From Azolla caroliniana (lineage: Eukaryota > Plantae > Polypodiophyta): a DNA stretch of 64,000 nt. Of the stretch, positions 46,856-60,900 are shown piece by piece (positions within the stretch are counted from its first letter, which is position 1; each line of letters starts with the position of its first letter). The stretch is from the NCBI GenBank assembly GCA_043228905.1, contig JBHGNT010000006.1, positions 4,650,001 to 4,714,000 on the forward strand, read 5' to 3'. The notes below the pieces were generated by a model. That model saw nothing but the letters and a program-made list of their open reading frames with translations, was not told the origin of the DNA and made no database searches. The position numbers and the translations under genes were made by a program.

Positions 46856-47399
46856 TATTCATTAAGTTAAAAAAAGGAGGCAAAACTACATATATAGATT
46901 CCATTCACACATCAATGCACCCTCTCTAATCTATTCTCCGAGGGTTTCTTTATCTATGAGATCCTCGATTCATAGTTTTAAAAAAGAATCCAACACCAGC
47001 CCTCCTCACATGTCATCATGGCTCCAATGGTTGCACAATCTAGGTGTCATTGCCTTCGTACAATTCAAGCCCATGTTGGGAGAATTCAAGCGAATGTATA
47101 GCAAGCTTGGTAAGTATGGGTGTCAAGTGATGGTATTGATCTATGCACCCACCATCTCAAATATGATTGATAAAAAACAATGGCCTACAATAACACAAGG
47201 TAAAAATAAAGTTCTCCAACATGACATTCCTATTATAAGATGTGCGCCCTTGTTGCTACTTAAATTTTTATTAAATTTTAATGCTTCCCAACATGCTCTC
47301 CATAAATTTTAATCGTCTTGCTTTGCCATTGGATCATCAAGTCTCATACATCCAAAAAATGGATAGACTATTAGTAAAACACAACATTTTACACCCATA

Positions 47400-47740
47400 T
47401 TCCACATAACCCTCTCTTCATCTTGTTGCCCAACATGAACTTGTCACATTACACACCTTTATAGCCCTTCACATTCTAACCTTATACGAGAATCCTTTGA
47501 CCTCCCACTCCTTTTAAAGAGACCTGAACGCAAATGAAACTAGACTACACATATAACCATTTCCATTTTAGAATATATTACAACCCGTAACATCTTTTAA
47601 ACCACAAACTCTTTTATCTATGTTTATTTTTATTTTCATTTTCGATGATTGGGCACACATCCCAATATTGTCACCAATTGTGCCCATGGACCAAATTTAG
47701 TCTTACAAGACATTAATGTCTGTCTCTCTGTCCTCTCTCC
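47400..47740 (+). mobile_element. 5'-truncated copy of the RTE-like LINE 3' end
   Basis: CCTTTGACCTCCCACTCC...AAATGAAACTAG and TTTCGATGATTGGG...CATGGACCAAATTT...AAGACATTAAT match 32340-32585. Confidence 0.65.
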
Positions 47741-48974
47741 ACGCAAGTGCACTTGTTCAAATCCCTCATACATATTACGAATGCACTACATGCATGGAAA
47801 TGCATCAAGATAATGATCAAGCAGTTATAAAAACCTGCAGCTTTTATTTTTTTTCAGTATAGATGGGGCATTAAATCACCGATATTTGGGATCAAGGTTT
47901 GTCTCAAACCAACTTTGGGCATCTCGCATTCATTAGTATATCATTCTTTTCCTTCTGTTTGGAAGACAAAAAACACTTGAATGCAAACCTTTGATGTGTA
48001 AACACTTGAGATCAGTTGAAGACTAATTGCAACATACTCTGCAAACAGATTTCAATGCCACCCTCACTATGCACTAGGTCTCCCATTCTCACTCATGATA
48101 CTTCAGAAATATTACTTTGCAAATCAGTACAAATATATGTCAAAAAATATAATTACATCGTTCATGATTTCAAATAGGATACACATCATACATTCTGCAC
48201 AATTCAGTAGTTACACATCATATAAACATGTCCTTTCAAGGCTTGGTCTCATGCCTAGGAGAGTAATCGAAGAATCTCTCAATTACTCTCATGCAGGGCA
48301 GAATTAAATGTTCCTTGCATTATCCCATGTTGATTAATGCAATTAATTAAATCTTGGTTAGATTAACCCTTCCTAACTATTCTAAATTACACATTAATGA
48401 AATGCATATTGATTGTTTAATGATTTTAATTCGCATCAACTTGTAGTTTTACAGTTAAGTACCTCTTCATTACTTAAATGAGAATTATAATTAAATCCTT
48501 CATTACTCCAATAAGTAAGTCTTTATGATTACAATAATTAAATCCCTGATTACGCCAATTGATCATTTAATTATTAATCCACATCCAACTCCAAATACAC
48601 ATCCAACTCATCACTTTTAATTATTAATCCCTGTCATCCTAATTAAATGTCCAACACATCATTCCTTACAATTAGCTAAGAAAAAAGGGGCCACTAATTA
48701 GAAAAGCTAAAACTAATTTAAAAAAACAGATATTAAGGAAAAAATGTTGAACTCATTATTTCAAAAAAGTTGACTCTGTTGAAAGCAAGCAGAGTGCAGT
48801 CTAAATAAAATTTGCACCCTTATTGAATTTCGAGTGTTACTTAGGAGTGCACATGAATGGAATAATTATGTACATATCCAACTAATGTTTGATTTTTAGT
48901 ATTATAAATATTGTAACAGAGTATCTTCTACTTACAAGAATGATGTGATTGTGGTGATTCTTGACCTGAGGTTG

Positions 48975-51900
48975 CTAAATTTTGGGCTTGCCATTCTTCT
49001 GAGATAAAATGTTCCATTCGCTCGACTGAATAAGATTTAAACAGGACATTCAATTGAGTTTATTTGAATTTCGTAAATTATATAGCAGTGAGCATTTGAG
49101 ATTGTAAAAGAACGGCAAATTTCGTAATACTGAAAGTTCAGATTTCCAGAATAGGAGGTCAAACCTCAATCATCCCATTCCGATTCCCATCAAACATTCG
49201 ATAAATCAGGTCCAACTCCCTCTGGTAAAATACAGATCCCATGCAAACATACAGGTACAACTTTATCATGTAAATTTCATTTTAGTAATTAATGTGTTAA
49301 GGCTATGAAACTGGACAGAATTACTCAGATAGGCATATAACATTATTTCACAAAGCTTAAAGCGTTTTTTATTATTGCTAGCATTTATATAAACAAGATT
49401 TTTTTAATCATAAATAGCTACAGACAACCAGTAGTTTCTCCTTATCTATGGGTCACTATTTGTAGCAGTAGAAATATTTTAAAGAGATATATATCCACTT
49501 AATAGAATAACAGCCTTAAGTTAAAACTTGCCATATCAAATGTTTCCTTAGATTTACATAAGGAAAAACTAAGCATTATATGTTACAATCAACCACTTTT
49601 AGCATAAAGCAGTTGGTAAGATGAAACTAAGCCTTGAGATAAAACTTGCCATAAAAACCATTTTATCTAACGAAAAATTAAGCATTAAATTACAAACTAT
49701 TAAATTGTTACATCTATCATCACCCACTTTTCGAATGAAGCATGTTGTAGAATGACCTTTGAGTATTTGCTCAAATTCTTCTCGACTCAATCGATGCCCT
49801 TCACCTGCAATACACCGTCGCATAAACTCTAGAAATCTTGAACTCTTTAAAAAATAATCAAATCATGTGAGAAGTGTAGAAAGCTTAGCAAACTTCTCAG
49901 ATACAAGTTCAGGAAAACGATGTTATCCCAACACCAAATTTGAGATCAGTATAGCGCATATCCGTCATACATATAAACACATTAAAATTCAATTACTCCA
50001 AAATAGTTATGATTAAACTTCAATACAAGGTTGTAAGATATAAAACTCTCATCAACAAAAAGATGAAGATAATTGTCGATAGATCCAGATGAAAGGTCCT
50101 GTAAAATATTGACTCAACATCATCACTTTTTCCTCTCCATAAGCTTGACATATGGTAAGTATCTATGTGGGATGAAGATGAGATCTATATCACAATTCCA
50201 TAAGCTATTTTTTGACCCATCATTCAGCTGTTTTATGCCACTTTTCTAGCTCCCTCATTATGTGAATACATACACACACACACACACACACACGTTTACA
50301 TTCTGCTACTAAAAGAACTGACTGTTTGTACGTGTCACACAGCCAGTATCATGATCTTAATAGGTTGAACCAATATGGCCTTACAAATATGTATACTTCA
50401 TATAAATGTCACTGCTGCTCAAAATAGTCTGAGATGAGCATAATATCATCTCAACAACAACGTCACAAACCCTTAACTCGAATATGACCATAAACCAATC
50501 AATAGGTTCCGCCTCCACATAAAATATATTTATACAAAAATGTACAATGCGTATAGATGTCACAGCTGACTCCTCAAAAGAGGAGCATGATATGATTTCC
50601 TGATCAACATCCCATATAGCCCCACAAACCAATAGATTCCAGTTTCCACAATAAGTTAGGTAAAATCCATAGGTGATAAAGAGGGAAGCCTGCTTCTGAC
50701 ATTTTAACTTGTAGCCAGAATTGTAAGAAGATTTAACTTTCTTGACAGAAATGCAATCGTTACACAAAGTCAAGCTTGGTTCCCTTGACCACCATCTTGT
50801 GGGAAACAGCATAATTTTAATGCATACAAAGCATGTAGATAATATGCATGTGGGATCCCCCATGAAACTGTTGGAATTAGTGTGTTCCAATGTATTCAAC
50901 GCCACTTCCTGTTCATTCATTAGGAATTTGGTTCTTTATCACATTCATTGATGTTGCTACAAGGTATGGGTCTACCTGTCGAAGAATAAGGAAGCGCCCT
51001 TAAGTATGGTCAAGTTATGAATGGCTGTAGTAGAGTTGGAAAAATGCTGGAAGCTGAGAACTCTCTATTTGGAGAATAGAGGAGAATTTAATTATTAAAA
51101 AATCCAGATTTTCAGCGAAAATTGGGGAAAAGGCAAGATAACAGAGAGGAAAGCTTCATAACGGATGCCATACATTTGTCAGATAGGTTCTAATTGCTGT
51201 CTCCAGAAGACCTCTGGCATAGGTCAACGCAGAATGGATAGACCACTAAAGCAAAGGGAGCACCTATAGCGGCAGGGAGATAATGGCATTTATCTGCCAA
51301 TGACAAAGGGTGGGAAGATCATGGTTTGTAAGGCCAGGGATTTCGAAGTTCTATATGATCCAGGTGTCTGATGCAGTGATACACTACATCCCTTCCATCA
51401 AGTTCTTCTTACTGTCAATGCAGAGCCTCTTACCCTCAAAAAGGCTAGGACATGTCAATCTCCAAATAAGTGTCAGTGTGCTATGCAACAGGAGGTCAAA
51501 TAGCCTTCCTACATGGAAATCTAGACGAGGAGCTATATATGAAGTGACTAGAAGGATTTGTAGTCTTAAGGAAGAAGCAATTGCTGTGCAGAAATAGGCC
51601 CCATGCCAATCATAGAAGAAATTTAATTGCTCTCGCAGAGTTTCATCTCTACATAAAGCACAAAGATGGCAGCCTTATCATACTAGTTTCCTCTCTACAT
51701 AAACCACTGACACACTAATTGCAGGAAAACATGATAAGATTCTGCAGGAAACAAAAAACAAATTCAAATTTGCATTGCTTAGTAAAGATCTAGGACACAC
51801 TGACCATATTCTTAGAATGAGGATCATGCAGGACAGACAAAAAGGTGTTTATTTTAAGAAAAGTATAGTGAGAAGCTATTGGACAGATTTCACATGGCTG

Positions 51901-54900
51901 ATGCTAAGCGACTTTTGGCACTTCTTCAGCCTCAAGAGAAGCTTTCAAAGGCAAATTGTCCCACTACTGATGCAGCAGCCGCAGATGTGGCATGCTTCAT
52001 TTTGCAGATAATTGATGCACACTATGGCATCGTCATGTCCAAACACCACATATGCAGAACTAGTCAACAGATTCATGTTTCGACCCCGACCAAGCCATTG
52101 GGTTGCAATCAAGTAAATACTCAGGTATCTTCATGGCACTAAGGCAATGTGTCTATGACATGGTAAAAGGATCAGAATCTTAATGGTTACTGTGATTCTA
52201 ACATGGCAAGCAATGTGGATTCTAACATGTTCACTCTTGCAGGAAGACCTAGCTATTTCATGGAGCTTTCCAGCTTCAATGGATAATCATTCTGCTAGCA
52301 CAGAAGCGTACATCTCAGCTATAGAGGCTTCGAAGGAAGCCATTTGGTTAGCTTGATTACGTGCATACAATGGACTTCCATAGCTAGGTCCAATCTTACA
52401 TCATTACAGCCAAAGTGTAAGTTTCATGCAAGGATAAAGAACATTGATGTATTTGTGAGATGATTGAGGATGGTTCCATCTGTCTAGTTAAGTTTGATAC
52501 CAGTCAATATCCAGCAGATTGTCTTACAACATCTCCCAAAGACCATCAGCAATGACATTAGCCTAGGTGGCTAAATTTTGTGCCACCTGTTCAAATAAAT
52601 GCCACTTCTGACTTAAAAGAGCCTGAGATGAGCACAATATATCGCAGACCCTCAATTCATATATCGCAGAAAACCAATAGGTTACAGTCTCAACATGAGC
52701 TTTGTACATGATATTGTCTCAAATGCATTGTGGAAATTCACAAAGCAAAATTGTGTGTGCTCTATCCTCTCGAATTACAGCTCTAAGAGTCAACATGTGA
52801 TCCAACATTGCGAATGTATCCTGAGCCTTGCTTTTCCTATTCTGTCATAAACAGTTCCACTCAAACTCCAAAATCAGTTCATATAGTTTGGCCAAGTATT
52901 AGTCAATCATGATACTACGACTCAGGGTATCTCCACTTTTAAAGAGCAAGATATTATAAAGCATGAACGGGAAATCACTCAAGAGTCAATTGATACATTA
53001 CAAACCTTGGCTGGCAACAGATTGGAAGATATCATCTATAGCATTCATGTGCTGCAGTAGGTCTCTTAAAGCGGCAAGATCCTAAAATATATAAGTGAAA
53101 CTTCAAACTGCATTCATGGCATCCCTTCTGACTAATATTCAGCATTAGGGTTGCCTGCCATTACCTGAGCACGTTGCTTATCTTTAAAATTGGGAACAAT
53201 ACGCAATGCAATAATCAAACCAAGAAAGCATGATAGGGCTAGTGTTGATGTTGTCCCAATCACCCAGTAGAACATATGAGGATGAACTTCTACTCCACTA
53301 TGTTAAATTACATGTAAGTTATTAGAGCCTTGTTTTAAATGGTTCAAAAAATTGCATTGATGACACATACCTTGTAAGGTTCATGCCAAAGAAACTAGCA
53401 GGTACAGTAGCTCTGCAAAGTGATTGTACCTCATTAAGGAAAGGTAATACGACTATGTTTAAAATCTATGGTATGAATCGCTACTCACAGACTGAAGGTC
53501 ACAGTTGCAATAGACATATAAAGGTTCATTGTTATGATCCGATTGCGTGTTGTATCAAGCCCAAGCTCCCAAACCTCCATGTAGCAATTTACACTTACAA
53601 CTTACGTCAGCCATCACAAGAAAAAATATATATAAATATTTCAATAATAGCTACCTCTTGAGCTGCATCCATTCCCTTTCTCATCTCCTCAAGAGCACCT
53701 CCACAATCATCCACCTTTTTTACATTATTAATATCGCTTATTATCAAGTTTCCAGTTACGTAAAGGAAAAAATTACTATATTTGATGGTAGTTGGCTTTA
53801 CCTCCCGCTGGTAAGACACAACCATGTCTGCAGCAGCCTGGCGAATTTTGTTCATTTGTTCTCTCTTAAAGCTCTGGATTTCAACTTCACTGTCAATTAC
53901 CCAGTCTAATAAGATACTCAGAAAAAAAGTGAAACCAATAGCCATTCTACCGTCAATATTCCTAATTTTATCATCCATAATATAAAATTTTATCACCAAA
54001 TAAATTATTCCGTCATTTTAAGCGTTATTATAGAGCATATGCATGAAAAACAAAATTCAATAAAATTATAATATTAAGTATTGCATTCACAGAATAACAG
54101 AATAATAATCTGTTCACAGAGGAAATTCGTTCGAGAACATTCACTCAATAAAACAGCATTACATGCCTCCTTTTCTTACAATGTTCGATAACAACATCAC
54201 ATGTAACGCATATGAGTATGATGATCTAAAACATACTCTTCATTGCCGGATGGTTCTTCATCTTTTAGACATAATGCATCAAGTAGCTCGTCATTTCCTA
54301 AGATCTGCAAGCAGAATCATTTAATATATAATTCACACAAAGTATGCTCTTTGTGAAACTTATTCTTAACAGAAAAGAATGAAGTTGGATGGAAATGGAT
54401 AATAGAATAAAGAAGAAAATCATTCTATTGCAACTGAAACGTTTATAGAAAAATAAAAAATCATAACAGAAAATATGTGAGTAAAAGAATTACTTGGTCC
54501 ATTGTTTCATGTGTGTCCCGAACATCATGCTCCACTTCTGTTAGTGCTCTTTTTAGAGGGAGCAATCTCTGCAATCTGCCCATAATAATCATGATCAATA
54601 TTTGAGATACCAAGGTTCAATAGCAAATGGGCCTCTCAAAGATTTAAAGTATGCATACCCTCCAATGTTCACGTCATTTGTCAATTCTTCTAGTATTCTT
54701 TCTGTTACCAACTTCAGCCTATTTTGAAAACAAAAAGCTAAAATAAACAGCAGAAGAAAACCTCAACTGAAGTTGTACATTACATTAATCCTCTTAAATC
54801 ACCTCTCAACTTTTTGATGGAAAAAACTACACGTCTCATCAAGCAAACACTCCATCATATGAAGGTGAAAAGGCAACCGATCTTCAGGATTCCTCAACAA

Positions 54901-57900
54901 CTGTTTTGCATGATCAGCCAGAAGACTCGCGAATGCTTCTCTTGCTCTGAAAAGAGTTCAACAAAAATATTTGAACAAACGGACTTCCCTATACATCTAG
55001 CATGGTTATAAACCATCCAATGGCAGCCAGGTAGGCTCATTGATGTTTATTATTTATTAGTTACGACTTTAGGTTTGGACATTTTGGGGATGTATGATTA
55101 CAACATTGTTTTTCTTTCGAGATTCTGTGATCATGATGCAGATAATATGGAGTATGCACCTAGTTCTCATAGAAGATACTATATCTTACCAATTTGGGAT
55201 AGAAAAATAAGGGAAGTGATTATGATGGTGGTAAATTAACAAGCCTATCATTACATCATATCATGTGTTTAAGATCATATATGCAGAACTTACTGCTGTG
55301 ACTGGTCAGAGGCATATTGTTTTACTGTGGCGCCTTCAATTCCTGATAGCTTGAAGGATCCTTTCCTGCAAAGTTTATTTCACCCACTCCATTAGTCAAT
55401 TTTAACATTATCAAGCTGATATGTTGACATGTCTGGAATGCAGAATAGTAATCAAAATAATCTTTATAAAAAGCACAGAAGCAGACCGTGGACGATGAGC
55501 ATCAAATAGCAAACAATGGTCCTTGCAAATTAGAGCTCTCACATTCTCCATTCTCACCAATATCTACACATAAAGTTTTTTAGTAACACTAAATTTGTGA
55601 GTTATATATGCCTATAACTTGAAATTTATCTAATCATGGCTTCAAAAATTATAAATAGAAGATTAAAGAAGAAAAAAGCAAAAAACAATGGAGAGACAAA
55701 GAGAAATAAAAAATGAAATGGGCAGCGGAAGTACATGACAAAGACCAATTCATGTTAGCCTGCACAAAAGCAATCTCATCCTTGCATCATTGCAAAGAGT
55801 AGGTGTAGGGTCATCAAAAAATCTAAGCGCTTCAAACTTGATTTCTATGACACTTCAAGATGCAATGGGTTAGCTTCCCCAAAAAGGCTAGAGAAAGAAA
55901 ATAAATGTATCTCCTCCTAGACATTAGAAAACATTCCAGTATGAGAAAATAGATAAAACCATTGTTAGAAATCCATCCCCTTCTGTTAGTCAGAATTCTG
56001 CAAGGTTGCCAAACCTCATATTTTCTTGGTTAATATATTGTTGCTGGCCAACCATCTTCATCATCTAGTTATGAAGTTCTAATGGCAGTCTTCATATCTG
56101 TACTGGAGCTAAAAATTAAATATACCAGAATGGTTATGTGAAACAAGATGAGCATTTTCTACCTTCTGTCATGAATCTTTAATGTTGCACTTTGTTTTTG
56201 TTTTTATTTGATTAGCAAGGTTAATGTCTTAGATTTTATATTTGAATTTAATCCTTACATAATTACTAAGTCTTTTAATGTGATTCACATGTAAATTAAA
56301 TATTTACTATGCGTTTTTGACACGATTATAAACACTATGTGTTTACCATTTCATTTCCTAAAAGGAAACAATACATTTCTTACTGTATAGTTCCCTTCAT
56401 TTCTAATAACCCCTCTACCATGGTATCTGTATTGTACCCCATCAAAAGCTCTCACATCATTGACAATTGAGCAGACAACTTATTAATGAGGTGTCATGTA
56501 CACTTCATGCAAGAAAAAATTATAGTATAGTGGGTCAAAACCTTGGTTAAAGAGACAATGGTTTCTCCGTCTTATTTCATAAAAAAGAGTATAATAGCAA
56601 ACATTGTGTTCTTCCAATTCTACCCCTTGATGACACAATCAGTATATTCTTTCTTCCAGCAGCATATGTGCATATTTGCCTACCTCAATCTCTAACTAAA
56701 GTGACGAGGTTAGTAACTGCCCTGTCACACTGCACAGTATATGTGGTAGATGTATATTCATATAAGATGATGAATCCATCATTGAATGTGTATAAAAAGT
56801 GTTTTATAGAGGGCCATCTTCCTACCAAGAGATGTCGTGGGGCTGTTCCATGTTATTTTGTTTTCCACGTTGATAATATCAGCTCAGATCAACTCTATTC
56901 TTTTCCACTTCGATCATGTTCAGATTAAGAAAATGCAACCTATACCGGAGCAGGGAAGTGCATTTATGCTTATGCCATGTGACTCTAACCATTGTTACAT
57001 CTCAGCAAACCAAAAATGATTATCTGTATTCAACAAGTTGTTTTGACGACATAAGTGCCAACCTTAAGTACCTTTGTTTAGGGAGCTCCCAAATCTGTTG
57101 GATATTTACTCATTGATTGAAACCATGCCTCAATGTTTATTGAGGCGGCTCCCACCTCTGCCTGAATTAAGTCATGAGACACAGATGCTTTGCTCCTTAT
57201 CATGCATGAAATACTTGAGACTAAAGGTCCCCCCAAATCTCTCTCGATATTTGCCTTGAGGAGACTCAGTCCCCAGGTTTCTAAAGAGTGACTAATGAAA
57301 GGCTCAAACATTGTAAAATCTATGAAAGACATTTCAGCAACAATAGAGTAGTGATATTGTCTAAGTTCCCATAGATCTTGGAACTAGGATAGTTAGGGTT
57401 AGCTAGAATGTGGCACGGTCCAAAACTTCCACATGTTGGTGCCATTGGAGTTCATGAAAACTCCATCAAAAGCTTCAAGCACTGCTTATCCCTGATAGTG
57501 ATGCCAATATGTGGAAGTTTTGGTTCTTGCCACAAGTTCCAACCACCCCTGAATATCCTATAACTAAGAATAATAGGGACAACATTTACTCTATCGTAAG
57601 CCTATAAAATTAAGTCCAACATGTTCAGGTGGTTGTCCATAAATTTGATCATCGTTTGAAGAATTGTGCTTTAAGTCAGCTGATGTAATCATAAAAAGCA
57701 AGCCCAGTTGAACAGCAGTCACCAGCACACTTGCTGAGTTGCATACTTTGTCTGCATGGATGACAGGAAAAAGGAATAGGATTATGTGTATTTCCATACC
57801 AATATCCAAGTAATAACTATACAATGGGTCAGACCCAATTGGGAAAGATGTTAAGAGGTATAGGCCAAGGTGTGATGGTGAAGTAAAAGTGATGAGGCAA

Positions 57901-60900
57901 GTGTGTGCATGGTGGGGTGCAGGGGATGGTAGAGGTGAATTGGGGAGATGGAGGGCAAGGGGCATAAGTGGGACTGAATGTAAGGCATGGGGTAGCACCA
58001 GTCTTTCCTGTTACGGTTAATGTGTATCCTATGAAAGCTTTGGTGTGAACATAGTCATAATCATAGAATGAACCATACACACCATACGTGCATTCGCATT
58101 CGAGAATGATTCAATCAAACGTGTATGGTAAATCATCTCAAAGTTGGATTGGATTTATAAGTTGGAAAAAAAATAAAGATTGGAATTTCAAAAAATGACT
58201 ATGATCTATATTATATATTGATTGAATCAAATGTCAACACAATTGAAAGTTCAAAACTTAGGAATTACTTAACTACTCAACATTAGAAAGCACGAACATA
58301 AATATCAAATAGTTCAAAGACATAATTGTATTGATGATGAGCTCATCTTGCAATTATCAATGTTCTCATCTCGCAACTAGTGAAGGTATCAATTTCTTCG
58401 CTTTAGAACTTTACAAAAAAATGAGTATGAACTATAGAGATTGAATCAAAATATATCATTATAAATTATAATCAAACGTTCAAAAACTCATAAAATGTAT
58501 ATTCGAGAATATGAAGAAAACTGTTGGGGTAAAGGCCCTAAATGACCCACTTATAGTGTGTACAAGTGTATCAGCCTATTTATAAAGGGCAAAAGTCACT
58601 CTTCACCTTTCCGTTATTTTTGGGTCAAGTTCAGTGTGAACTTGGCCAACCCTAAATGGGTCTTATAAAACATGAGTTAAAAACTTTTGGATCTCACTTC
58701 AAAGGTGAGCTCCTCCAACTACTGCTCACTCTATCTTTTCTACCATAGCTCCATTGTTGCATTAAAAAGCTTGTACTAGGGTGAATCTTGAGTATTCCTC
58801 GGCCCTATTGACATCATTCCTAACCCTTACAACTAGTATCAGAGCAGATTTAGTGTTTCTGAACTTATGCGCAGGTGTTGTACAGAACAGGTGTTCCGAC
58901 CCCTTTATTGTAGTTACAAGAGGGGGATGGGACATAGGAAATGCCCATCTGCCTTTCCTATGCTTTGCCCTCGTCAAGCCGATGAAGCAGTTCATTCATG
59001 CAGGCTCAGCTATGGCATCATCCTCCTCAGAAGTGAAGAATCTTTTTGAGATTCGACGATTTGAGGGAACAGGTTTTGACTTGTGGAACAAAAGAATGCA
59101 AAGAATTCTTTTTTTGAAGGATGGTGACAAGGCGTTGGAGGCAGAAAAACTAGAGAGCATGTCAGAAGATGCATGGCAGATTTTAAACAAAAAGGTTGTC
59201 ATATATATTAAGATGGTTGTTTTTGTTGAGATTTTGGTAGATCTCAAAGGGTTGGTATCGGCTTCTAAAATATGGGCAAAGCTGAAGGCTACATATGAAA
59301 ACTGTACACCTGTTAATCAAGTACACCTAATGCGAAAGCTTGTTGGCATGCAACTGGATGAGTCCAAGAGTGCAGTTGAACACTTGTCCTTGTTTACAAG
59401 TACCTTCACAGTTGCAGGACTTAAGAATGACTCCTTTTGATGATAAGCTCAAAGCCATTTTCCTGCTAATGACACTACCTTACTCATTGGAGACATTGGT
59501 AGTCTCATTGTCTAATAGCTCCAACTTGACCTTTGATGGTGTTAGGGGCTCCATACTCAATGAAGAGATCAGGAGAAAAATCTGCAACTCTTTAAATGCC
59601 TTTTGTCTCTTCCACTTTTTCCAAGATATTCCCTTTTTTTTATTCCTAGTTTATTGTACCTGTTTAGTAGAACAAGAGTCTCTTAACTACCAAACAACCA
59701 TTCCCAATTTTGTATAAATAGGCTTATACCAGCCTCTTTTGTAATAAGATTATTTTCTGCTGCTACTTACAGACAAGCACAACTCTTTGGCTGTGTCTCT
59801 ACTCTTTGCAACCATTTTTTCTACTGCTGTCTAACAACCTTCTCACAGCTTGACTGTGTCTATTTTGTTCTAACTCTTCCGTTGCTGCTATTAACAGCTT
59901 TTCTCACAACCTACTGGTATTTCCTTAAGTCTTCTAAGTGATCTCATTGTGTGAGAGTTAGTCTAAGATCCCTGCATTTTCTACATTTCGTTCTTCAAGA
60001 AATTCTACATAACTACATTACATCAAGTTGTTGCTGAGAAAACAGTTGTTTCTGGAAAGTTCCTCTAAAGTTCATCTGTAGCTTATCCTTTCTATTCAGT
60101 TGGTTGGGGGCATTGCTTTTGCTGGTGCTGATATGTTTTCTAGGGGCTCCACATGTACATTATTCACGCTGGTCAGTTATATCATTTCTTATTGCAAATA
60201 TGTAACTGTGGGTATTGGTTGCTTGAATATCATAAGAGTTCCTTATAATCTTTCAGGTTATATCCTGCTACTATTGAAGCATCTACCATCTAAGGTTGTA
60301 GATCCACATAGCTCAAGCTTCTAATCTAGCTTTAGGATTACATATTTAGAGTATAAATTCAGAGCTTTCCCATTTTTGCATGTTCATTTTCATTGTGAGT
60401 TAATCTGATTTCATTTTCATATGATCCCAACATAGTCTTGTCTCTTAGTTCTAGAGGGGTGATTAAAGTCTTCGAACTCTAAAACTAGGTTTCCATTGGA
60501 TTTTGAACCTGAAACTATTTTTGAAAAGCTTAGAATTACTACAACAAATATGGACATTGTACCAGCGTTCATTTATCAATAGCTATATTTTGTCAACTCC
60601 TCCAAAGACAAAAAGTGGCATCTATATGAAAAGACATACCTCTATAATCACATTGATTCGCAACAATCGATCGCATTAGAATATCATCATTGAGACAAGT
60701 CATTTACACTTCCTCAAAAAACCTACATTGTGATAGTAAAAAATGCATCGCACGCAAGCCATGTTGTAAAATACTAAGCATACAATATGCATAAAATATG
60801 TATGCTAAGTATTATAAAAGTATTCTAGCTTTTTTAAAAACACTTAGAATACATATTCTAAAAATAAAATATGTATAAGACGCATAGAATAAGTTAAATA

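Noticed and set aside
53607-53999. Stand-alone 130-aa ORF
   Set aside because: It is MRS2 exons 9 and 10 read through a stop-free intron.
58060-58520. Possible DNA-transposon remnant in MRS2 intron 2
   Set aside because: No clear terminal inverted repeats, TSD or transposase motif.
60640-60722. AG...GT-bounded candidate exon in MRS2 intron 2
   Set aside because: Stops in all three frames, and exon 2 joins exon 3 in frame without it. At most a poison exon, for which there is no evidence.
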